DNA of 39,575 nt from Histomonas meleagridis 2922-C6/04-290x (Eukaryota; Protista; Parabasalia), in assembly GCA_020184695.1 (NCBI GenBank), contig JAANOX010000135.1, positions 1 to 39,575 on the forward strand, written 5' to 3'. Of the stretch, positions 21,008 to 32,498 are shown piece after piece. How positions within the stretch are numbered: position 1 is the stretch's first letter; the number at the start of each line of letters is the position of its first letter. A model generated the notes under the pieces. The model worked only from the letters and a program-made list of their open reading frames with translations. It was not told the DNA's origin and did not search any database. The position numbers and the translations under genes are program-made.

Positions 21008-23444
21008 TTGCCCACGATAGAACAAATTCAGAATGATAACGGTTTTGGTGGTTTTGACATTATGGTCATGTGTCAGCCTGAAAAAATTCTAATTCGGTAT
21101 CTCCTAAACAATTTCGTTCCAGATTGGAATATCTACGAAGACGAGATCAAGATCAAGATTGAATTCCTTTATTTTCATATCCTAAAACAGCAAATTACAT
21201 TTAATCATTTATCACAAATTTTTGTTTTTATGGGTTTAGATCTTAGGCAAACAAATGAAATTCTTGATTGTGCATTGAATAGTCCAGGCCTTCTTGTCCC
21301 AACTGTGAAAAATTCTTGGTCAAAAGAAGAAAAACTCTTGCTTGTGACATGTTGGGTGAAATTTGGTTGCTTTGACAAGGTTTGTTCGATTCTTCCATGG
21401 CAACCATGTGAAGGTTGCAGAAAGGAGCTGTTCAGAATCAGAGATTTATATAAAACGAAACAAAAATTCGAAAATAAAATTATTACGCGAGAAATCGCAA
21501 ATAATGAAATAATTGACAAGTCTCCTTTAATTTTTGTTTCAAATAACGATGAAAAAACAAACAATGATAATTTTGACCATAGCAAAAATATTTCAAAACA
21601 GCTTTTTATATGAAATAATATCAGAAATAGAAGGAAATTAAAAGGACAGCAACTTATTTATGCACGTAAGATCAAAACTTTGAAAACATGCTCCAACATT
21701 AACGAGAAAAAATTGCGGGAAAACAAATTCATTTTTCTAAATGAATTTGATGATATCTTGAATGAAGCTGAAAAGAATTTCAGGAAAAATAATGGCAAAA
21801 GGTATTCACAATCTAGCAAGGCATTTTGGGTCAGACTCATGATGTACAGCAGAAAATCGTTCGCGATGATGAAAGAATATCTAAATGGACCGAGTCAAAG
21901 TACTGTTGATCGATGGGTTAATAATAAGAAAAGCATTCCAAAATGGAATAATTCAGAAAGTTTAGATCAAGTTGATAATATAATTCAATTTTGGGCCAAT
22001 AGGCTTCAACTTTCGAGTGATGAGTTCTATACAATCAGTATTGATGTTGCAAAAGTAGACGAAAATTTAACAATAACTTCGGATGGAGAAGTTAGAGTAA
22101 CAATTGAACAAATTAGTCTTCCAAGGGAACCAATAGAGTACAAAGAAGATCGTGAATTATATTGCAATCTTTGGAATGAGTTATTAGATCGAATAATGAT
22201 TGTTACTCATATCTTCGTCATATTAATATGTCCATTGTCACCAAAAAGGTCTTTTCCTATTTATATAAAATTTTCCAACTCCAGATCTGCTACAGCATAT
22301 ATCAGAAATGATCTTGATTATATTATCAATCACTTAAAAGAAAAAGGAATGAAGATAAAATTTATTGGAAGTGATGGGGATAAATGCTATAGAAACAATT
22401 TCGACAAGCAATATAAAAGAATTACATCATTATGGAATAATAACATAATAAATCTTGATGAAATTTCAAGCGAAGAAGTGATGTATTCAAATGATGCATA
22501 TCATTGCTTAAAACGCCTAAGAAAAGCAATGATAAATAACAAAAGTTTATATCTCAAACCAGATTATATAAATTCATCTCATTGTGTTTCTCAAAATACA
22601 CTTCAGCAGATTGACAAAACGTTTTGTCCAAATCTGGAAATTATTCAGTAATTCTTTATTTATGGGTTGGTGTATTGGCTAGAAGTGTGATGGCAAGCAA
22701 GCATCTTACAAGGTTTAAAATATGTCAAATGTGTTATATTGGCTTATTTATTGTGGTCTTTTATAAAATGTTCTTAGATGTATGGAAAAAGGATCCAAAA
22801 ACAAAATTTTCAATTTCCAAAATGATTTTGAGTCCCATCTTATGCATTGATTACGCAAATTTCTTTTCATGCATGATCAAAGCATTAACATCAATACCTG
22901 ACACATTTCCTTTATCTCGTGTTGGATCAATTTTATCTGAACATTTCTTTGGGAGAATAAGAAGAAATGCCGAAAATTGTCAAACAATGGATTCTATTAG
23001 GTCAGCCATTAATAAGATACAATTTATTGATACATATCGAAAAGACACTAACTTTGATGATGCAAATCATAGAAGGAGGCTAGAATCCGCTCTACTACTG
23101 TAGTAGAATCAGGAATTATTTCATTTGACAATGATGAAATTTTGAAATGCAGAGATTTTGTAAAAAGTTTGTTTCATCAGGTTCAACTTTTAAGATTATT
23201 TGACACCGAAATATATAGGTTTTTGATGAAACCAATATATTCCGATATTAATTCTTTGGAAAAAGAATTATCTGAGAAAGAAAATAGTAATGAATTAACT
23301 GAAACCAAGAAACATTGGACGCTTAATGCTGCACAGTTTCGTGTGAATGGAAGATATGGTAGAAATATCAAAAATAGATATGCTACTTCCGCAAAACCCT
23401 TTCAATATATTAATTCATCCCATCCAGATAGCTTTTATGCTTGA
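21008..23444 (+). pseudogene. P-superfamily (THAP9/Galileo-like) DDE transposase with N-terminal Myb/SANT-like domain
   Basis: RYSQSSKAFWVRLMMYSRKSFAMMKEYLNGPSQSTVDRW, ISIDVAKV, GSDGD, DAYHCLKRLRK, SEHFFGRIRR; ORFs 21008 and 21680 are in frame across a single TGA; WSKEEKLLL...KFG...LP. Confidence 0.75.
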
Positions 23445-23871
23445 GTTTATTCGTTTTGACTTTTCTAAACTGTGTTTTGTAATTAATAAATTAATAAAAA
23501 CACAGTTTTATCATAAAATGAAGAAAGATAGCACTTTAACGACCGTTTAGCACCATCACATTTTCAATCATTAATTGGTCAAAATAAAATTGTCGTTTTA
23601 ACTTTTTGAATTTGATATTAAACACATTTTAAAACATAAATATCTTTGAATATGTATGATTTAATGAGAAGTAAATTGACTTGTTGATTATGCAATATAT
23701 TGTAATATATATGTTATTGATATCTTTAAATAATACCTTGAAATTATGTAGTGGAATACGTCTTCTCAAATACAAGAGTTTATACTTATATATAAATACC
23801 ATTTTATGTTATGATTCATTATTCTTAATAAAAAATTACAGGGGTGGGTCGGATACTTTTTCACCCCCCTG

Positions 23872-26026
23872 TACAAATCGCTCATTACTTAATGTTAAAG
23901 ATTTTTCAATTGAAATTATATTTTCTTGAGCTATTTTATTTAAATGGTGAATATAATTTCTAATTTTTTCTTGTGAAACTGTATTTATAATATAAACCTT
24001 TTGGTGTTGATTCATTGATCCATTGGAGTAAAGCATTGAAAATCATATCGGTATTGATAACCATCATGAGTAATAAGACTTGGAGTCCATTGTTGACGAG
24101 AAGAATGGCGATCAGGCCACAAATTCATAAAATGTGAAGTTTGGGCACTTTTTGACTGTTATGTTCACAAAAAATTGTATTTGTGTTAAAAATGATCGTT
24201 CAATAATAGGGTATATATCAATTGTGGCATAACAAATAAAATATTTAAAAGTGTTAGTATTTAAGTAAAAATTCGAAAATTTTGTTCATTTTTCTCAATG
24301 AATATATAATATTTTTGAAAAATTTATAAACAAGCCATCGCTATTATAATTCTTTTTATTATTTTAATTTCAAAACAATTAATAAAATCTATATATATAT
24401 CCAATATATGAGATAGAAGTTATTTTTTATCTCTTAATTTTTATATATAAATATTTGATATGCTAAAATGTGATATAATATTTCATTATGTTAAACTTCA
24501 CAAATCAATGAAAATTAATTTTAATTTGAATTAATATATATATATATATATATATATATAATGAAATGTATGATGTTATTTATATTTTCATTCATTAATA
24601 TATTGTATAATGTTATTCATTAGTGTAACGAATATTGTTATTCATTATTAATGTAATGTATAATATATCGTATAATATAATGTATAATGTTATTCATTAA
24701 TGTAATGCATAATGTTATTCATAAATAAATATAACAATAAATGATCAATAATATATAATGATGAATGATAAATATTCAAAATACATTATGATAAATAATA
24801 ATGAATGAATAAAATAATTAATGATGAGTAAATGCATAAATTAGCATATAATGTTTTAATAATCATCAACTAAATTTTTGAATGCAATCTAATTGATATT
24901 TCACAAATAATAAAGGCAACTTTTTATTTCTTTTAACTTTGGTCATCGTCTTAAAAAGTTGCCTTTATTATGTGTAATTCTCATCGACACTTTTTGAAAA
25001 AAAAAAAAAAAAAAAAGTAATTTCGCTCACAATTTTCAATATTGTTTTTTTAATATGAATCATATTTAAAATGTCATTGATGGAGCAATTACTTGCTGAA
25101 GCTGATACAATATCAGCCGCAAATGTTTCAGCAGGAACGAAAAGTACATATGATAGGCTGATTCATGCTTATGCCAAAGTGATGATAAATCTAATACACG
25201 AAGAACCATTTCCTATTACTCATGACAAAATGGTTGCATTCATTATATTTAAAAAAAGAATCAGAATATGAAATGTTGTACGTTACTAGCTTACATTAAT
25301 AGTTTTGCACATTATTTTCAGTAGACATGAGAAGAGCTGGTATGGAAATTTCAGAGGCACTTTCTATATAAACAATAAAATTTTTGCAATTTTAAATTGA
25401 ATTGAAAATTGTGAACGAAATTATTTTTTTTAATTTTTTCATTTCAAAAAGTGGCTTGATGAGAATTAAAAATTTAATTTAATAAAATTAATAAAACTCT
25501 GATATAGTCAATAATTATAGATATTTATTCATATAATAGTAATAAAATTATTTGTTTATCATTTTTAATGGAAATATTTTTATTTTAAACAGAAAATCAC
25601 TTTTGAGTTAAATATCGTATGTCAAATTTTTTTGAATGTGTTGTTTTTATTTACGGTTTTTCCACGTAAGAATTGAATACTCATTCAATAATTCAATACA
25701 ATTCAATTTTTTTGGAAAATATCTTCATTTCTTCCCATGAATACAAGATATTTTAATCCAAAAAAACATTATATATATATATGTTTTTGAATGTGTAGAT
25801 TCGATTAATGTTATTGGAATTTTAAAATAAAAATATTTTTTTAAATTGATCTTATCTCATTTTAGAATTAATTTTTTTAAGATTTAACATTAAATTATTT
25901 TATTACTTTATATAAGCTATATTATATATTAATTTTATCGAAAATCATTAAGTTTGATTTTCGAAGTTTAAAAAAATTCAAAAAAATTGGAATTTTTTTC
26001 GGTTAGATCGGCGTGCATTCAAAAAA
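23872..26026 (-). mobile_element. Inverted MULE copy B (main part)
   Basis: Near-identical reverse complement of 13419-15592, including the YR cassette (25071-25324) and the palindrome (24907-24971). Confidence 0.92.
25071..25324 (+). pseudogene. Second copy of the tyrosine-recombinase N-terminal fragment
   Basis: Same sequence as 14132-14383, with a frameshift in an A-run. Confidence 0.5.
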
Positions 26027-26249
26027 TTGAAATTATTAATGTAAAGTATTGTAAATTGAATATGTCATAGCTTAAAAATCTATTTTCTCACTAGGGTAAC
26101 AGAATCTTGACTGGAGGTACCACTAACGTCCTTCGCAAGATGGGACCCAGTGGAAAATGATTTTTTTAATTGTTAACGGTATATTTATAAATAACGACAT
26201 GATGAGCGCTCATCTATTCAATTAGATGTTAATTATGTGTTAAAAGTGG

Positions 26250-26278
26250 CACGGTAGTTGACATAGTAAACTACGGTG
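26250..26278. other. Stem-loop (10-bp stem, 1 mismatch, 9-nt loop GACATAGTA); candidate degenerate origin
   Basis: CACGGTAGTT / AACTACGGTG; loop is not the canonical TAGTATTAC. Confidence 0.45.
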
Positions 26279-26340
26279 GTAATGCCCCACCCCCTCAAAC
26301 ATTAAATATTTATTTACTTCTTCGGGTCCCATAAAAACTA

Positions 26341-26413
26341 CCCGAGTAAGGACCTTCGCATAGCGAAGTGAAAAATATTTGTTATACTCCACTTCGTTAT
26401 GTATATACTCGGG
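26341..26413. other. Larger interrupted stem-loop in the intergenic region
   Basis: CCCGAGTA/TACTCGGG plus CATAGCGAAGTG/CACTTCGTTATG. Confidence 0.7.
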
Positions 26414-26539
26414 AGATAGGAAATTTTTTTGTGCTAATTGTTAACGTATTTATTATGTGATAACTAATGACACTTTTTGATAAGCTATTCGATGTCGAGC
26501 CACATCTAATTCAGTGCTTTACATTTGTCATTTTAATCA

Positions 26540-26761
26540 ATGGAGAAGTAATACTTCGAGATAACAACAATAATAGAACATAAAGTACGATACAATTACA
26601 TAGAATCAAGAGATGTAGTATGGTTCAGAGTTCAGTGGGCAGTAGATAATACAACAGAATGGGTACGTTTTGAAGACTTAAATTGTGTACATTATCTAAA
26701 CCAATACGTTGCTCACCAAGTACCAGCTGGTAGTGTCCAAGAGTTAATGGAAGCAATCTAA
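26540..26761 (+). pseudogene. Stand-alone chromodomain-like protein (74 codons, TAA at codon 4)
   Basis: MEK*YFEITTIIEHKVRY...VVWFRVQWAVDNTTEWVRFEDLNCVHYLNQY; TCATTT upstream; absent from ORF track. Confidence 0.65.
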
Positions 26762-26794
26762 TTGAGTAAAAAGAATAATTCCAATTGGTATTTT

Positions 26795-27337
26795 ATATTG
26801 TAATGTTATGGCATAAGATATGAAAAATGAAACAGCACCTTGATTGCCTGCTTGAATATCAACTGTAGGACTAATTAATAAAGCAATACTATCATTAGCA
26901 CTGAGATTTTGCGACAATGGGTAAAGATACGTGAACCATTTCCTGGTTGTGATGTATCGTATATACCAGATGCCATGATAAAGTTGGGGGGACTGTAAAA
27001 TTGTCCAGTAGGATCAGATTCATTAGTACCAAAATTAAGATTACCTGGTAGTAGAATCAGCAGGAACAAAGACAATAGCCCATTCAAGTAAATTATACTC
27101 AGGAGCAGTACCTGATGCACCAGAACTATAACCAATGTTAAAAGTAATGTTTTTTACTTTACGCATACCTTGAACAGAAGTAGCAGGAACTATATAAATG
27201 TATTGAGTAGTACCAGCAGGAGCAGCAGTATTATTGTTCTCAGAGTAAGTCGTAAATGTAGAATACTTGTTGCGTCTACCAGGAAATAATTAACGTTGTG
27301 GATAGTTACCTATGTATCACCTTGTTTGACGTGGCAT
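26795..27337 (-). pseudogene. CRESS-virus capsid protein (kirkovirus / rodent stool-associated circular virus-like)
   Basis: MPR...RRNKYS, IVPATSVQGMRKVKNITF, WAIVFVP, FYSPPNFIMASG, RIFT(P)LS(R)NLSANDSIALL, SYAITLQ; 2 stops and 2 frameshifts; motifs recalled from this capsid family. Confidence 0.8.
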
Positions 27338-28439
27338 TAGAAAAAATAACCTGCGGGTGTCATAATTTTCACAGAATTGTCACATGTAAATTAACTAAGT
27401 ATGTTTGATATCTTAAAATCTCTATCGTCATTGAAAAAGTGAAATATGTATTGATATTGTTAATGCAAAGTATTGAAAATTGAATATGGATTAGCTTAGA
27501 AATATATTTTCATACAGACAAGTATTATATCTGAAATTAATAAAGAATTCGCTTATAATTCGTCATAAACTTTGGCTGTGTCAAAATTGAAAACAATTCA
27601 GAAGTCTAACGATCAAAAACAAACAAAAAAATCAGACTTTCAATGATTTACTGGTACAACCGCTGAGAAGCACGTTGGATACAAACTTCGAACTTTTTTT
27701 TTCATGGACTCTATATTTATTGGGGAGTGTGACTACTGTTCCTCTTTTGTTTTCCTATTTTGGCGGTTATTTTCACGATCAATAAGTTTTATGGTTAACG
27801 ATAATTCGTGACGTCCAAAACCGATAGAATTTTAATGAATTTAACAACCGTTTATTCAATTTATAAAACGAAATATTAATATTTATTCATTAATCGTGTA
27901 TATTGAATATGATGATGAATACACCATTACGAAATTATATTTTGCTCTTGATTTAAATTCAATAAACCAATTTAAAAATATAATCATTTAAAATGATTAT
28001 GTATATCAATTGCTATTAAACTTCAGTTCAAATTCGAAAATAGTCGTGCTCTTATATATCTGAATTCTTCCCTATTAAAAATAAGTTGTTTTGCCCCTCA
28101 TGAATACTAATGAACAATACTAATCAAGGAGAATCCTCTCCTTAATGTTTTTTGGATTAATAATGATCATCCAAGGCTCAAATAGAAATTAACCAATATC
28201 CACGAATGAAAGAAGGAGCAATGTTTTAATATCACTTGATGTAATGCAATGATATAAAAAACATATTGTTATACTAGAAAAATTAAGTTTGAATGATATG
28301 GAATGATGACAACGTTGGTGCTAGAACTCCTATTGAACTCATTGGCCGTGCCACATGCTTTGCTATGCTTAAGTTGCTGATAAAAACTTTAATTTAGATA
28401 CAGAAAATGATTAAATCACATCATTTAGAAGATATCAAT

Positions 28440-29386
28440 CTCGTTGCATGGTATTGTTATTGATGTTCATAAATTAGTTAATGGAACGCATTCGTTATTA
28501 AACGAATAAAATGATCTGATATTTGATTAATGTTGTTTTTAGATACCAATTTTACAAAATGTCAGAATAAGTAAAAGTGATACTGTTATGCAATCCTAGC
28601 CCAATCCATCATACGAGGAGTTATACCAAATTTCATCACATGGATATATTACTTTGGATCAATTTAGATGTTTGCTTTCCTTTAATAGGGATGTTTTGAG
28701 TTGTATCAAGTCAGAGAAGATCGAAGAAATAATTTTATCATTAAAAAACAAATCATATGAATATGGATTTGCATTATATAATAAAGATGGTAGACTTGAA
28801 CCTAGAGCTAGATTATACTGCGAATTCGGTGGATATAAACGAAAGCTTAAAAAGACAAGAAAAACATGGTATATGATTAGAATTACTCGAAAAGATTCAG
28901 ATTTTTTTATGTTTATAAAGATTTTGTACTGTTTCACAATCATCATGATTCAGTTATTCATTGTGAAGCTATTCATGAAACAATCCATCGTTTGTGTGCT
29001 TCCTTATGTCCAATGCAAGTCAAGCAAATTATCTCAGTACTCTCGACCAGAGTTGAAAATTTATACTTTTGACATTTATCAAATTGTTTATAAAAAATAT
29101 ATCATAAAGTTTTACAGTTTATTTGAGATAATATGTTTTGTCAAATAGAGTATGCACCACATTTGATTTACAAGATGATTATAATATCAAAAGAATCGCG
29201 ATAATAACCATCATTCCTTATGAATTAAATGATCTTCGAGATTTTTCAGAAATTTTTGAGATTGATGGTACACAATTACCAAATAATAAAAAAAGATGGG
29301 GAAATAACACTATTTCTTCTTTAGACCAAAAAAATAAGATCAGGTCATGGGAAATTTTATTTTCAGCACATAATTATGAAATATAA
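28440..29386 (+). pseudogene. Second-family MULE transposase remnant (FAR1-like DNA-binding region and first D)
   Basis: EYGFALY...RARLYCEFGGYKRK; IFEIDGTQLPNNKKRW...LDQKNKIRSWEILF; frame extends upstream through in-frame stops. Confidence 0.55.
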
Positions 29387-29559
29387 TATTATTGGTGTTT
29401 TAATTCTTTACTAATTCCATCAATTTCAACACAATTCAATATTACAAACTAAATTTGGAATTAAAGTTTGTTCCAAAATCGAACAACAAATATTACCAGT
29501 ATCATTCACTTCTCAGTTAGAAAGGCTTTCAAGAAGAACTGATATTGGAGGTAGCTGAT

Positions 29560-30328
29560 GATAGTAATCGAATATTGAAGATGCTTCGGTTTGGTGCATT
29601 TGGCCGACAAATACTGGCTGATTGAGCAGCCATTAACATCAGCAACAAAATCAATTCGACGATTAAAATCATTAATATAATTATTGATCGTCGATCGATC
29701 AAGTGAGTTTTAAATGTTGCATACATGTGTGATAATTTCTTCTTGCGAACCTATTTGTGTTTTTTTAACATCTTTTTAATTATTGCCCAAAAATTTCGAT
29801 TGGGTGGGTCTGGTAAGTTTGGCCACTTTGAAATCAACTTGCATTCAGAATAAAATAAGTTACTTGAAATGGAGCGCCGTCCTGCATAAAGAATCATTTG
29901 TATCTTCCATATTTCATGTCACATGTCTATATTATTTTCGAATTCCTTATGATCGAAATGTATTCATTTCCATCAATCCCGTTAGAGCAAAGAATGATGT
30001 CACTATTGTAGTCAGGTCCGATTACTCCCCACAACATAACGACAGATTCTTTTTTTGCATATTTGGCAAATTGGAAGCGAAGTACCTTTTGCTCGACTAA
30101 AAGTTTATGAATTTTCATTGGAGGTCTCTCGAAATTAAATTCAATATTTCTTGAGAGATCTTGGGATTTCGCCCTATATTGTGATTCTTTTATATGGTTC
30201 TTCCATGAATAACATCTGAGATTCTGTGTTTTACCCCTAAAGTCCTTTGTATATAGTGGTAGGATTTTACCCTCAAGGTGCAATTTCATGATTGCAACAT
30301 CGATTTGTTGATTTGGATTTTTCATCAA
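29560..30328 (-). pseudogene. Tc1-type transposase remnant
   Basis: VMLWGVIG, DGNEYISII, FMQDGAP, KWPNLPDP..NFWAII (degenerate WP..SPDL.PIE..W). Confidence 0.75.
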
Positions 30329-31290
30329 AGTATGTGAATCGTTATTTTAGAAGTGACAGAATTCAAAAATTTTCAGTTTGACAAAATTTGTATATAAATT
30401 GCTGCTGATTTTTACGAACAGTTCATGCAAAAAAACTAAAATAACAATAATAAATAAACAAATGGCAAAAAAAAATTAATAAATAATTAATAAATAATAA
30501 ATGTGAAAAACAAAAGGGCTGATAATGATTATCATATCATATCAACAATAATGGGTAAGGGCAATATAAAAAACAAAAAACGATATTGTTTCAAAATTAT
30601 CTCTAAATTTTTTTATATATAAATATGAGCTCAAAACAACACAATATCGGATGAATGCTAATTAAGAATCTATATTAATACGATAGAAGTATCAGAAAAC
30701 AGTTGATAATTATGAAAATATCAGAGAAAAATAGAAGGTATATGATGTGTTGAAATCGATTACCACAGATGTTGATGAATGAACAAATAATTATTTTTTA
30801 ATCAGTGTATTTACATATTAAAAGTGTATTTATATATGATTAGCTAAAATATGAATATTTGAATATAAGATTATGACATTATTTTCTCATTGAAATTTTA
30901 ATGTCAACGACGATACAATTTACAACAGAATTTTCACATAAATTTCATCACAATTATTGAATGACATAAAAAAGGTTCACCTGACGATCGTCATACACAC
31001 CAAATTACAACGAAGATCTTTTATCAGGCGTCAAGATATAATGGGATTTTTCATGATACTAAGCCTGGGCCCAAGGCATCCACCAGTATAGAACAAATCG
31101 AGCCTCTTATTATTGTCCTGTGAAATTCTAGTGTAATTATTTAGATGACGAAAATGTTCGATACCATCAATGCAATGAACGACTGTCGGAATTGCACTCG
31201 TTCTATTGTTCAGCAGGTATATGAGAAATACGGCTGGATACATAAAGTGCAGGTTCCAAGATGTCGTTACGAAGCATTGATGTGCAACGC

Positions 31291-31627
31291 AATTTTGTAA
31301 AACATTTAATTTATTTACATAAGCATTATATTTATTAAAATCATCATTAAATATTTGATTCAATAATTCCATTTTAGATATTTGATAAGCTTGATCTAAT
31401 TGTTCAGGTGTTATATATTGTAAAGGATTCTTTATAGTAGGATGATATTTTTCATCTATAAATTTATAAATTTGTTTTCTTAATAAATTATGATATTTAT
31501 TATATACAGTTACAGTTAATGTTATTACATTTTTATTTTTAACGATAGAAAATGAAGGTTTAATATTTATAGCAGTAAAATCACAATCTTTAAACTCTTG
31601 AGCGAAGCATGTATAAAGAGATTCCAT
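31291..31627 (-). pseudogene. 3'-truncated copy of the 4295-4666 gene
   Basis: Near-identical up to NVLQN, then foreign sequence. Confidence 0.8.
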
Positions 31628-31666
31628 TAATAATAATGAATTGATTTTATAAAATTATTTTATTTT

Positions 31667-32467
31667 ATGGAAAACGATATTAATATTGATGCCTTAGATA
31701 ATATGATTGATTATTGTTAATATAAAAATAAACCTAAATTAAATGAAGAATTAATAATTGAAATTCATCCAGAAGTAAATGTACCTTATAATTCTTTAAA
31801 TATAGCAGTAGGTAGACAAAGAAGTGGGAAAACTCAATGTATAATTAGAGAAATTATTAAAATTAGTAATATTAGTCCTAGAACTCATTTATTAATTTAT
31901 ATTAATAAAAATGGATTAGAAAATGATCCTACATTTGAATCATTAAAACCTTTAATAAAGATTCCAATATTATATGTAGCTGAAAATCAAGCAGAAGATA
32001 TCGTTAAAGATATATTAAAATGGATACAATTTTATAATGAAATTAAAAATAATCATTGGGAAAATAAAATAGTAGATAATCAAATATCTGAATTATTTGA
32101 AAAATTATCATTTAATAATTTTAATAATTTAACTTTACATACTATAATATTTTTTGAAGATTGTGCTAATAGTCCTTTATTTATAAAACCTACTAATTAT
32201 TTTAATCAATTATTTACTAAATTAGCTCATATTCAATGTTCTGTATTTTTCGCTGTACAATTTTGGAAATCTTTACCTGCTGAAGTTAAAGCTAATGTAA
32301 GTACTATATTTATATTTCCTAATTTCTCTAAACAACAATTAAGTTATATGTTAGCTCAAATACCATTGCCTTATACTAAAGATCAAATTTATTCAGTTTA
32401 TCAAAAACTGTCAGGACATCAAAAAATGATCGTCGACGTGAATAATCAAAAAATAAAAATTGAATAA
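31667..32467 (+). pseudogene. Packaging ATPase, copy 3 (267 codons, one TAA at codon 18, no frameshift)
   Basis: AVGRQRSGKT, IIFFEDCANS, LAHIQCSVFFAVQ; missed by the ORF track. Confidence 0.88.
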
Positions 32468-32498
32468 AAAATGATAAATTAAAATTCATATTTTTTTA

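Larger units (their letters stand above)
18557..23871 (-). mobile_element. 5.3-kb composite Tc1/mariner element with 32-bp TIRs and TA target duplication
   Basis: CAGGGGGGTAAAAAAGTACCCAACCCACCCCT vs CAGGGGGGTGAAAAAGTATCCGACCCACCCCT (3 mismatches); TA at 18555-56 and 23872-73; empty site visible in MULE copy A (GATTTGTATTATTTC). Confidence 0.92.
26026..27511. mobile_element. Endogenous CRESS-DNA-virus-like unit (~1424 bp) bounded by 62-bp direct repeats
   Basis: Repeats 26026-26087 and 27450-27511 (9 mismatches); capsid gene, convergent chromodomain ORF, intergenic stem-loops. Confidence 0.7.

Noticed and set aside
20484-23830. TIRs/TSD of the P-type element (also sought for the Tc1, second MULE and Merlin)
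   Set aside because: No convincing inverted termini found by eye; boundaries not reported.
26250-26413. Canonical CRESS nonanucleotide origin
   Set aside because: Neither loop contains NANTATTAC; kept only as candidate stem-loops.
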